The translations under genes were made by a program, and so were the position numbers. The notes under the pieces are model-generated. The model had not been told where the DNA came from. It ran no database searches and saw only the letters and a list, made by a program, of their open reading frames with translations. 64,000 bases of DNA from Rhynchobatus australiae (taxonomy: Eukaryota), in NCBI GenBank assembly GCA_034780895.1, contig JAUZTB010000084.1, forward strand, positions 5,044,715 through 5,108,714, in the 5' to 3' direction. Shown in pieces: positions 37,265 to 47,859 of this stretch (positions are counted from its first letter, which is position 1; each line of letters starts with the position of its first letter).

Positions 37265-37304
37265 CATCTGATTTTCTTTTTTGCTGACTGATGACTGCTT
37301 TCGC
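37265..37304 (-). CDS. BRMS1: BRMS1 exon (AKAVISQQKRKSD), NLS-like
   Basis: ccttgcag|...G|gtaagt, 40 nt; matches human BRMS1 ARAAVSPQKRKSD as recalled. Confidence 0.9.
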
Positions 37305-38448
37305 CTGCAAGGCAAAGAGGAGATTTACCATGTACCCACGACTTCATTTCATTCATCAGCACTGACAGACATACATCAAACACCCTCATCAGTTTCTCAG
37401 CAGGTTACAGCCACGACTGGGGTCCAACCCAGATCAAACAATCCACCAACTTAAGAAACCATAACCTGCCTTCTGCATTGTACCAATAAATCTAGCCCTC
37501 ACTCTATCTTTCCGAATTGTCTGTCTGAGAGTAAGGGAAAGCAAAATGATGCCATGGAGATCCAGTTTTCCCACAACTCACTAAGCCAGAAAAGGTCTCC
37601 TATTAAGACCAAAATGCTTTGAAAAGAGCAATGCAATTCTTGCTTCATTAACACAGTCAGCAGTCAAATAGTAACTGCTAATTCCTGGTCACCAGCTATA
37701 CCACTCTGGCTTCATACATCATCTTATAGAAAGAAACCTTCAGGCAAGTGCAGATTAGATACTGGAGTACTGCAATGAAGTTGTGGCAGAAGTCAAAAAT
37801 CTCTAGGCTCCTCACATCATCATGTATGGTGATAGTTGAGAATTTGTGTGGAAATACTGCAGGAAGGCAAGTTGCAGCAATCAAGGCTCAGCAGCAGCAG
37901 CACCTGGTAAATGCAAGTTCACCCATACCCCATGAATCAGTTAAGTCTTTGTCCTTGTCAAAGTATCTGTGACCTCTTTAAAAAAAACAAGGAAGGAAGC
38001 TGATCCTGCTGACTTAATGCTTGCAAGATAAAAAACAGGAAATGCTGGAAATACTCATGTCAGGCAACGTGTGGGGAACAGAGTTTTTTGCTTCAGATTG
38101 TTGACATTTCTTCAAAAGAAACAGTGAGCGCTGAGAATTGGAGAACGTAAGGAACTGGAGAGGCCTAGGAAAATTAGGACTGTAAGGGATTGAGAGAGCA
38201 CAGGATGTTGGAGTGGCAACTTAGTGAGGGCTTGGGACTAGAGAGAATATGGATTACCAAAACCACAAAGGGAGCAAACAAATCAAGTGGGAATAAGTGG
38301 AACAATGTGATCAAATAAGTGAGCATAAGAAAAAAGGAAAATGCTTGTGAGATTGTGAAGCACATGTAGGGAGCAAAAAACAAATGTTGATGGGGAGCAA
38401 GTGGGGAGGCTGTTATTTGAAGATAAAGTGGTTAGTAGCAGATTTTAC

Positions 38449-38513
38449 CTTTTTGATAGCAGCCCAGTCCTCCAAAATATCAATATCTCGTAACATGTAG
38501 ACAATATAAGGAC
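38449..38513 (-). CDS. BRMS1: BRMS1 exon (GPYIVYMLRDIDILEDWAAIKK), Sin3-interaction region, preceded by a U12-type intron
   Basis: Highly conserved motif; donor AAG|gtaaa; acceptor context TTCCTTAAC-ATTGGTGTAT|GT CCT; 65 nt. Confidence 0.93.
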
Positions 38514-38523
38514 ATACACCAAT

Positions 38524-38532
38524 GTTAAGGAA
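38524..38532 (-). other. U12 (minor spliceosome) branch-point sequence TTCCTTAAC
   Basis: Exact U12 branch consensus 10 nt upstream of the exon at 38513; no polypyrimidine tract or AG nearby. Confidence 0.88.
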
Positions 38533-39689
38533 TGAAGTCCATAGAAGGTTATGCCTTTATGTCTAGGAATCCTTTTGTTTTACCACACCCTGAAAAAGAG
38601 ACGTGCCCAGGAAAAGAGGACAAGTAACACCCCAAAGAATGCCAGTGAGGATCAAAATTATACCCAACCTCACATCTCAGAATTAATTAGATTCATACTT
38701 GTACTTGTTTTGCAGAAAAATAGGGCACCCAATTTGTACAAAGGAAGATGCCACTAACAACATCAGATTGCACGATGTTAACCTAGTTTTGGAAAGTGAA
38801 AGATAGTGGAGGTCAAGAAGTATGGCAAGATACTCAAAAGACTGGTGAGTAGACTGTCCTTTGATACTGAAGCAGAGGAAGTGTTAATAGTAATATGCAG
38901 GGGAAAGAGTTGAGGGTATCAGATGCAATATATATCCAATGCCACAACCAAAACTAAACTGTAGGGAACTAGAATAGCATTGACTAGCCAGCAAACATAA
39001 GGGATTGTAGAAGAGCAAGAGATGATTAGTTTGTCAGCTTTACCTGCCCCTCTGCTGGGAGAGCTTTACTCTGAGATACACCGTCATTTAATTTTTAAAA
39101 TAAATTGGAAGTTTTTGCCTGCAGGACACTAATTACTGCTACTATCAGAGAGGTCCAACACACAGTGTAGAAATTATTATTCATATCCCATCTTTTGACA
39201 CCTCTGACTTCCCAAAGTGCTTCACAGCCAATGAAATGCTTGTGAAGTGTAGCCATTGTTGCACTGTGGGGAAAATATGTCCAGTCAGTTTACATATAGC
39301 AGGCTCCCACAGCAATACAGTAATGTCTACACAGTGTTTGAGTTATACAAACTCAGGGAAAAGCATTAGCAAGGACAGCACTGGGGAGCTCCATTGTTCT
39401 TCTTCCAGTAGGGGCTGTAAGGAATTTTTATAACTACCCTAGAGGGCAGGCAGAGTTCAGTATTTCATCAGGAAGGTGGCACATTACACCCTCTCTCCTA
39501 ACGTGCTGCAAGGATTGCCCTTGATGATGTGCTCAAACACTGCACGAGAGGAGGATTGAATCTACCACCTCACTCAACTGACATGTAAAGTCTAACACAT
39601 AATTAATTATCAATTTTTCCAATCACATGAACAGACACAATCTCTGGTTCAAAAACATGGGCACTGCTGCTCCCAAGCTAACCAAGTTT

Positions 39690-41350
39690 GGTCTGTTCTC
39701 AAATTGTCTAAATATGCAAAGATGGTCTGAGGACCCTTCATTTCTTCCTTGTACAGACTCAACCACTCCTCCCCTCCACCACACTCATTCATTCTTTAAA
39801 TGAACAACAACTCCACTCACTTTCCCAAAAAGTCAAAGCTGTAGTTATAAGATTTCACATGGGCCCAAGCTATGCCCGTCTCTTTGTGGAATACATTGAA
39901 CTCTTGTTTGTCCTATTATGGCCCTCTCCCTCGACTCTTTATCCATTACATTAATATTCCCTGATTAGTACAGAACTCAAAAACGTCATCACCTTTCCGC
40001 CAACTTTCACCCTGCTCTCACTTTCACATGGTCCATATCTGATTGCTCCCCTCCTTAAAATTTCTCTCTTTATCTGTCAGGGGATAGGTTGGCTCCCAAT
40101 ATCCATTACAAATCCGCAGACTCCCACAGCTCTCTCCTCTGCTCTTGGTCCCACCCTGTCTTCTGTACNNNNNNNNNNNNNNNNNNNNNNNNNNNNNNNN
40201 NNNNNNNNNNNNNNNNNNNNNNNNNNNNNNNNNNNNNNNNNNNNNNNNNNNNNNNNNNNNNNNNNNNNNNNNNNNNNNNNNNNNNNNNNNNNNNNNNNNN
40301 NNNNNNNNNNNNNNNNNNNNNNNNNNNNNNNNNNNNNNNNNNNNNNNNNNNNNNNNNNNNNNNNNNNNNNNNNNNNNNNNNNNNNNNNNNNNNNNNNNNN
40401 NNNNNNNNNNNNNNNNNNNNNNNNNNNNNNNNNNNNNNNNNNNNNNNNNNNNNNNNNNNNNNNNNNNNNNNNNNNNNNNNNNNNNNNNNNNNNNNNNNNN
40501 NNNNNNNNNNNNNNNNNNNNNNNNNNNNNNNNNNNNNNNNNNNNNNNNNNNNNNNNNNNNNNNNNNNNNNNNNNNNNNNNNNNNNNNNNNNNNNNNNNNN
40601 NNNNNNNNNNNNNNNNNNNNNNNNNNNNNNNNNNNNNNNNNNNNNNNNNNNNNNNNNNNNNNNNNNNNNNNNNNNNNNNNNNNNNNNNNNNNNNNNNNNN
40701 NNNNNNNNNNNNNNNNNNNNNNNNNNNNNNNNNNNNNNNNNNNNNNNNNNNNNNNNNNNNNNNNNNNNNNNNNNNNNNNNNNNNNNNNNNNNNNNNNNNN
40801 NNNNNNNNNNNNNNNNNNNNNNNNNNNNNNNNNNNNNNNNNNNNNNNNNNNNNNNNNNNNNNNNNNNNNNNNNNNNNNNNNNNNNNNNNNNNNNNNNNNN
40901 NNNNNNNNNNNNNNNNNNNNNNNNNNNNNNNNNNNNNNNNNNNNNNNNNNNNNNNNNNNNNNNNNNNNNNNNNNNNNNNNNNNNNNNNNNNNNNNNNNNN
41001 NNNNNNNNNNNNNNNNNNNNNNNNNNNNNNNNNNNNNNNNNNNNNNNNNNNNNNNNNNNNNNNNNNNNNNNNNNNNNNNNNNNNNNNNNNNNNNNNNNNN
41101 NNNNNNNNNNNNNNNNNNNNNNNNNNNNNNNNNNNNNNNNNNNNNNNNNNNNNNAACTCTAACCCCCCGACCACAGTTCCTGCGAGAACCCCACTTTGTT
41201 CTCCCATTTTCTCCATCTCTGACATTTCTGCTCTGATGGAGACTTTCCACACCAGTACCTTTGAGGTGTCTTCCTTTTTCCCTAACCATACCTTCCTCTC
41301 TGCTAGTAACTGGCAGGGCCTCAAACTATGTCTCCTTGATTTCCATACAC
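39690..41350 (+). mobile_element. Penelope-like retroelement RT remnant spanning an N gap
   Basis: MGPSYARLFVEYIE and downstream decayed PLE RT-like segments on both sides of gap 40169-41154. Confidence 0.6.
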
Positions 41351-42662
41351 TTTAGAGAGACAATGGGGAAGAGATTAACAGGGAGCTGGATAGTACAGGG
41401 AAGAAATAACTTAAGGGAAGTTTTCCAGCTGTGGGATACTAGGGCTGTGAAATTGCATGGGTGTTGTAGAAGCTTATAATATGCAATTGTACATACATGC
41501 ATGCATTACATACTGTACATAGCATTTACAAAAAATACAGATTTGTCCCAGCTGCTCCCTGCCATATTTCTGCTTCACAAGATCTCACTCCCACCCCACT
41601 TCATCTCATCAGCCTACCTTTCTATTCCCTTAAACACATTTAGCTTACTTCTTATGGCACCAAGTTCCATATGGTGTGCAGATTATTGGGGGATAATATG
41701 ATAATCCAGAGCCACACATTTATGGATCTTCACAAATCGACTACTACGTGACCTGGAGTTATACTCAAAAACCACTGANNNNNNNNNNNNNNNNNNNNNN
41801 NNNNNNNNNNNNNNNNNNNNNNNNNNNNNNNNNNNNNNNNNNNNNNNNNNNNNNNNNNNNNNNNNNNNNNNNNNNNNNNNNNNNNNNNNNNNNNNNNNNN
41901 NNNNNNNNNNNNNNNNNNNNNNNNNNNNNNNNNNNNNNNNNNNNNNNNNNNNNNNNNNNNNNNNNNNNNNNNNNNNNNNNNNNNNNNNNNNNNNNNNNNN
42001 NNNACAGAAAACTATAACCCCCACTCACCCACTGGCCCCAAAAAATGACTAAATGTCCCATGAATATCTTGGACTTCATCCCTCCACTCCCATAACATTC
42101 CTGGTATTATTGCATCAAGATGCTGGTGTGTACCTGCCTCTTTGGCCAGAGTTAAGCTTTAACTGGAAACAGTGATTCAGGATTAGCCATTGGAGCTACA
42201 AAACTAGCTTCAATTCACATCTTCCAATCTTTTTCTGGTCTTTCCCAGAATTCCATACCCAAGGATCAGCCCTTCTCTGCTCTGGAGCATGGCTTTTATG
42301 CCTCAGAGCCCAGACCAGAGCAGAGAGGTGTACAAGATGTACAGTAACTTCCATTCTCCTGTTCTCAGCAATGTTGGAGCTGGTACCAGCTATGGTGCTC
42401 TGCTGGGTGAGAAAATAATCACAACAGTTGTAATCTGACCATGCATGTTCAGACTTTGGAGGAGTTTTGGAGGATTTGATTTCTGATGAACACCAATCCC
42501 TCCGCTGCACTACCTTTCCAGCACCCACTGAAGAGTGATCACATGGTCAAAATAGCAGAGTGTGTTAACAGATATGGACCCCCTACCCAGTCACTGCCAA
42601 CATCCTTAACTTAGGAGAGAAAAGATGCGTAGAATAGGAAGCAACTGCATTTGTACACTGAC

Positions 42663-42759
42663 CAGAGGTGATGTCTATACTTTGCTTGTCCTCCTCCAGT
42701 CGCTGAATTCTTTCCAACAGCTCATTCTGCATATTATCAAACAGCAGCAGCTTCTCACT
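42663..42759 (-). CDS. BRMS1: BRMS1 exon (SEKLLLFDNMQNELLERIQRLEEDKQSIDITS), coiled coil 2
   Basis: ttcag|...G|gtcag, 97 nt. Confidence 0.94.
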
Positions 42760-43357
42760 CTGAATCCACCGTGGAAATAGAGAAAGAAATTAGTCCTTTA
42801 TAAAGCAATTCGGACAGACAGCAGCTTTAAATACAGCCTCAATTGCTGGCAGAATAACTCAGTTGATTATATGGTGTGTGTGCATGTGTAGGGGACCATC
42901 CAGGTACCATCAGAAGGCAAGTGAAAGGTACTGACTTCTAGAGTAAGAGGGACAGTTGAACCTATTCTGGACCTGATCTTCATAATGTTGTTCTTTGTAC
43001 ATAAGCTGTCAGCCCCAACTCCTTTATGTGCAGTATTGTTTCATTTCTCCAAGCATTTTTTGATATTGTATTACATTGATGATGCAGAGGGAATGCAATC
43101 TAATGATGTACAGGTGGCAGCCAGCAATTGTGAAACTTCCCAGAACACAGGAGGAGGTGGAGCAGAGTGCGTTTGTTGTTGGAAGAAGAAGAAAAAAGGC
43201 AAAGTAAAATAAAAACTGAAATGTGTAATTGTCAGATGAGTTTGGGACTTCCATTTAGCTTGATCAATAAATCTTTCTCATCAATACCCTAAATAAAACA
43301 ACAATAATAAAATAGAAGAGCTTGTGGGACTTCATCCCACACTCTCTATTGCCTTAC

Positions 43358-43437
43358 CTCCAGATGTTGCCGAGCTCCTTGCAGTTCACACTCATACCTA
43401 TTTCTGATTACCTCCAAACACAGATCTTTATATACAC
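43358..43437 (-). CDS. BRMS1: BRMS1 exon (GVYKDLCLEVIRNRYECELQGARQHLE)
   Basis: gatag|...GAG|gtaag, 80 nt. Confidence 0.94.
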
Positions 43438-44039
43438 CTATCAGATGCAAAATTAGGACAAGGTTAATCTCTCCAAAAGGTGGCATGCTCAGCCCGCACA
43501 ATCACCCCAACTAACTCCATAACTCACCATCCAGCTCCGTCAATGTGTAGGGCAGTACATCTTGCACTGCCCTTCTGTCATTTGCAGAAATCCACCTGCA
43601 ATAGGCATGATGCAAATTGTCCAATTCCCACAGCATTCTCCAATTTAAGGAGTAATAGTGACAGGAGCAATTATTCAGTTTACAGAAGGACTCACTTGCA
43701 ACACTTGTACCACCTTTATGATATTCTGATTACACAGGTTGCAGTTTTCCATTTCCCCTTTTGTCATGAATATGCCCAAGTCTTGTTAGGGTTTACAGAA
43801 ATCAGTCCCTCATATCAGGTGATGCATTATTCCCTATGGTTCCAAACTTGGAGATAAAGCAGGGAGAATTACAACACAAGTGGACTAGAAACAAAATGTA
43901 AGCTAAGAATATGTAACCCATTGGAGAGGACAGAGGTGGGGTGGAGAGGGGTGGAGCCAGAGAACAAAAACAAATAAATTACAGAGTTAAGTGCCTGTAT
44001 ATCCAGTATTTAGTTTTTTTGTGGCAGGACAGAATGAGG

Positions 44040-45480
44040 CAGGCAGTGCAAGAATCCTCTGGAAGGTGTAAAAGTGGTCAAATATGGTATATTTTATAGG
44101 TAACCAAGTATAGTGGTGGAATGGTGACTAAGGTACAAAATTGAAAAGTAATTACTCAGGAGATACAAGAACTATGGATTAGTGACTATATGCAACTTTA
44201 ATTACCTGCATATTGAATGGGCTGGTGAATGTGTTGTGAGTGGAGGAATCTTGAAGGTGTTCAGGAATTTTTTTCTTGATCAATATGCTTCCTGTTCAAT
44301 AAGAAAGGAGATATTGCTGGATGGAGTTCTGGGGAATGAAATGGATTAAGCAAAGAATGTTACATTCAGGAAAAGTCCTGGGGATATCATATGGTTTAGT
44401 TATGGAGAAAGACAGAGAACGTTCCAGATTACGAATGGAGGGGGCTAAGTTCAGGCAACTGACAAGGGGTCTGGCCCAGGCAAACTGAAGTTAAAATCTA
44501 AAAGACAAAAATGTAATGCAACAATGGATGGTCTTTACAGGGGGAAAATCGCTCACGCGCTGACTAAGTATGATGGGTAAAAGATGAGATGGATCCTAGC
44601 TTGCAGATAAGTGAGACTTGAAATTACAATTTTGGTTGGCCACAATATTCCATTTCTCCAAAGAAACAGGACTGATGCCAAAGGACAAGGGATCATAAAT
44701 ACCCTTGTTCAAAAAAGGGATGAATGATAAATGTGGCAATTACAGGCCAGTCACTTTAACAACTGTGGAAGGGAAGCTTTCATAAATAATAATTTGTGGA
44801 AAACTAACTATAAATAAGCATGGACTAGCAAAGGAAAGCAGGCAGAAATGTTATAAATGACAAACCATGCCTGAATGTTTAATTTAAATTTTTTGATGGG
44901 TAGCAAGGAGTGTGTTGAGGTCAGTGCACTTGGTGTTCAGTATTTGATGAAGCACCACAAAACAGACTTATTAGCAAATCAAAATAACTATGGATAACAA
45001 GTAGCATCTGAGAAAAAATTGGTTTAGGATTAGGGGAACAGAATTTGGAATGTTTTTTGGACTGAAGGGAGATACATAATGGTGTTTCTCAAGACCTGCA
45101 CTATTTGCGATATACATTAATAGAGACTTGGAGACTTGGGGTGGGTATACAAGGGATAAATTTTAAAAATATGCAGGTGACACAAAACTTGGAAGTAAGT
45201 GTCCAATAAGAAAGACAATAAAAGATTTCAAGTGGATGTGGACAAGCTAATGGAACGGGCAGATACATGGCAGATAAAATTCTACATTAAAAGATTGGGT
45301 AGGCAGAAAAACCATGCACATTAAATATTACAGTTTTAAAGTAGGTGTAAAAACTAGATATACGAGAATGACTCTGCATAAACTTTGAAGATGGCAGTAT
45401 TGGTGAAGCATACACAATCCTGGGCTTTACAAACACAGTATAGAGCAGAGGAGCTAAGAAGTTAACTAAACTACTCTGCC
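44040..45480 (+). mobile_element. Old, heavily decayed CR1 ORF2 remnant
   Basis: Residual motifs (GNYRPVTLT; YAGDTKLG) with many indels. Confidence 0.6.
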
Positions 45481-45956
45481 CCAGCTCGGGAATATTGCGA
45501 AAGAGGATGGGAAAAATGCAACTGTTCTTTAAAGACACCAATACAGACTCAATGATTTTAAGCACCGTAACAATGGCACACTTTTTGTCACAATTTTTGA
45601 TTACACATGTTCTGTTTACAAGTAACCATTTAAGTTTGCTATGTTATAACACAGTTAAAGGTTCTAGCCATCACGTNNNNNNNNNNNNNNNNNNNNNNNN
45701 NNNNNNNNNNNNNNNNNNNNNNNNNNNNNNNNNNNNNNNNNNNNNNNNNNNNNNNNNNNNNNNNNNNNNNNNNNNNCACGTAGTTCCATGTAATGTATTC
45801 CTGAAAATTCCTTCCATGATGTCATCAGCTTAACATTAAAAAAAGGCATCAACTGGACTTGTACCTAAAATTACCCTCCCATCCCACTGACACACAGTAC
45901 ACTACAGACACCCCCATATAGTGGGTGTGAGGTTAACTCAATGATACCTCCATTAC

Positions 45957-46084
45957 CTGCTACCTCAGTTCTGATTTTCATGTTCTTCTGCAGGACAGCC
46001 AGGGGCTCCAAGTACTCAGTTGCTTTCCCTGCGATCACCTCGTCCAGTTTGGCTTCCACCTGGCTCAGTCTCTCTTTGTACAGT
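45957..46084 (-). CDS. BRMS1: BRMS1 exon ([43 protein letters not shown])
   Basis: ttttacag|...G|gtaat, 128 nt. Confidence 0.94.
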
Positions 46085-46567
46085 CTGTAAAAGAGAAGCT
46101 GTCGATTTTACCCTCTGTTCTCAATTTACTTGCTCAGAGCAAATCCTCCGCCAACCTTTACCGAACAACCTGTTAAGCTGCAGAAAGCATTTCTTTGCTG
46201 GTTTTTCGCCCTCCTTTCCTAAAGATGCTGACTCTCGTCGGGGAGTAAATTCCGCCCTCCAGTGCCTGGGCCAAGCAGCCATTCTTCGTGCATGTGCGTA
46301 GTTAGTTAGTGCTGGCTGGCTATTCAACTGTGGGCAGCATCACAGCCCATTATGAGTTTGTCCTTACCCAATCTAAAGGGAATTCCACTTTTAAAACACG
46401 ATCCAGTGACTCCTGTATGTGTGCCACACCCTAGCCTCACACATCAAGAATGGTCCCATGGGCAATGATCTAGAGAGCGTCGAAGAGTCTGTGCTCAGCA
46501 GGAAGCAATGCCTTCAGGAGAGGAGAAAACCAGAAGACATTTATTCAAAAGAAACTAATCAGCGTAC

Positions 46568-46658
46568 TGTTCTTTCAGATCCGTGAACTGCTTCTCCAGG
46601 TCTGACATCTCATCCAAGCATTCAGTGCGACGTCGCTCACAGTCCTCATCGTCCATCT
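46568..46658 (-). CDS. BRMS1: BRMS1 exon ([31 protein letters not shown]), coiled coil 1
   Basis: tttctag|...CA|gtacg, 91 nt, phase-consistent. Confidence 0.94.
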
Positions 46659-47554
46659 CTAGAAAGTGGAACATAGCCAAGATTAGACATCAGAATAAAG
46701 CAACCAGTTAGCTGCCTTACTATCTTGGTGAAATTACTTACAGTTTACAGCACAGAAACAGGTTACTTTGCCTAAGAGAGGTACACAACCCTCTGCTCAC
46801 TTTACCTGACCCTATCTCCTTATCCTTCTCCCTCTAATGTACATAACCACCTTTTCAATGCATCAACATCTTTAATAGAAATAACGAGTGAAGTGCAATT
46901 GCTGCTACATACATAGCCATTCTGTACCACTAACTTTCAGAGACAGCTGTGAGATAAGTGTCCAGTTACCTTTTTCTTGTTGATTGGTTGCGGGGGGTGG
47001 TGGAGAAGGAGGAGGAGGAGGAGGAGGAAGGGGGAGAAACAAGACTGCTCGTCTCAGAACACTGGGACAAAGGCCTTACTCTTCTTCCAAGAGCCCCATG
47101 GAATCAGTGGTAAATAGGGTTTGAATCAATATCTTTCTGTATCATCCAAATTATGTTCAAGCCCTGAAATGAACATCAAACAGATACGCACAAGAGGGCA
47201 TGTAATGACAGAGAACAGGCACATANNNNNNNNNNNNNNNNNNNNNNNNNNNNNNNNNNCACTTCCGATGCTCTGCTTCAGTTTGCAATGGGTAAAAATC
47301 TTCCTGTACTACCCTTCCAATTCCAAAATTGCTCATAATGGCCTCATTATTATGCCTTTAAAAATTTCAATCTCTGAGATATAAATATAACAGAAAAACA
47401 CCAATGATGAATGGAAAATGGAAAGTATTTTTTCAAGCAATAATTGTTTAGTTTGTTCATATCTCCCTGTTCTCTATAGTTTTAATTCCATGCCTTAAGC
47501 GTACACACACACAACCACTCAGGCTCGCACACAGGTACATCTGCACTTGCTGAC

Positions 47555-47705
47555 CTGAGCTGTCCTCGCCCTCCTCCTCAGATGCGGAGGTACTGCCACT
47601 GTCTTCATCCGAGCTTTCCTCATTCTCTGGGGAATCCTGCTCCATTTCCTCATCAGCCTTCTCCTCGTCCTTTTCTTTGTCTCTCTGCGGCTGCTGCCCA
47701 GGCAT
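47555..47705 (-). CDS. BRMS1: BRMS1 first coding exon (MPGQQPQRDKEK...EGEDSS), acidic N-terminus
   Basis: Acceptor ttttgaag|GACA-ATG (exon starts at 47709), donor G|gtcag; 151 coding nt. Confidence 0.9.
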
Positions 47706-47859
47706 TGTCCTTCAAAATAATGTAAAATCAGAACATGTGTGTCAACACATTAGATGGATAAACACACTTACACATATCACTGAAGTAACCAGCACACTAC
47801 TTAAACATAACACATCAAAGCGACTGTCTTCATTAGGACTAGATTCCAATGTTTAACAA

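Larger units (their letters stand above)
33829..47705 (-). other. BRMS1: BRMS1 gene (Sds3-like family, Sin3-HDAC subunit), coding span
   Basis: Spliced exons encode [53 protein letters not shown] and AKAVISQQKRKSD. These BRMS1-type residues and a non-coding first exon favour BRMS1 over BRMS1L. Confidence 0.85.

Noticed and set aside
40024-41324. Long ORFs of 350-420 aa in the ORF track (also 7923-8900 and 21152-21964)
   Set aside because: They consist almost entirely of N-gap translation.
46098-46257. Possible MITE with imperfect inverted ends next to a BRMS1 acceptor
   Set aside because: The terminal match is too weak, there is no clear target-site duplication, and it is a single copy in the window.
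33829-47705. Calling the - strand gene BRMS1L or SUDS3
   Set aside because: Despite the long C-terminus, the diagnostic residues, the separate QKRKSD exon, the untranslated first exon and LTBP3 linkage favour BRMS1. Not excluded without a tree.
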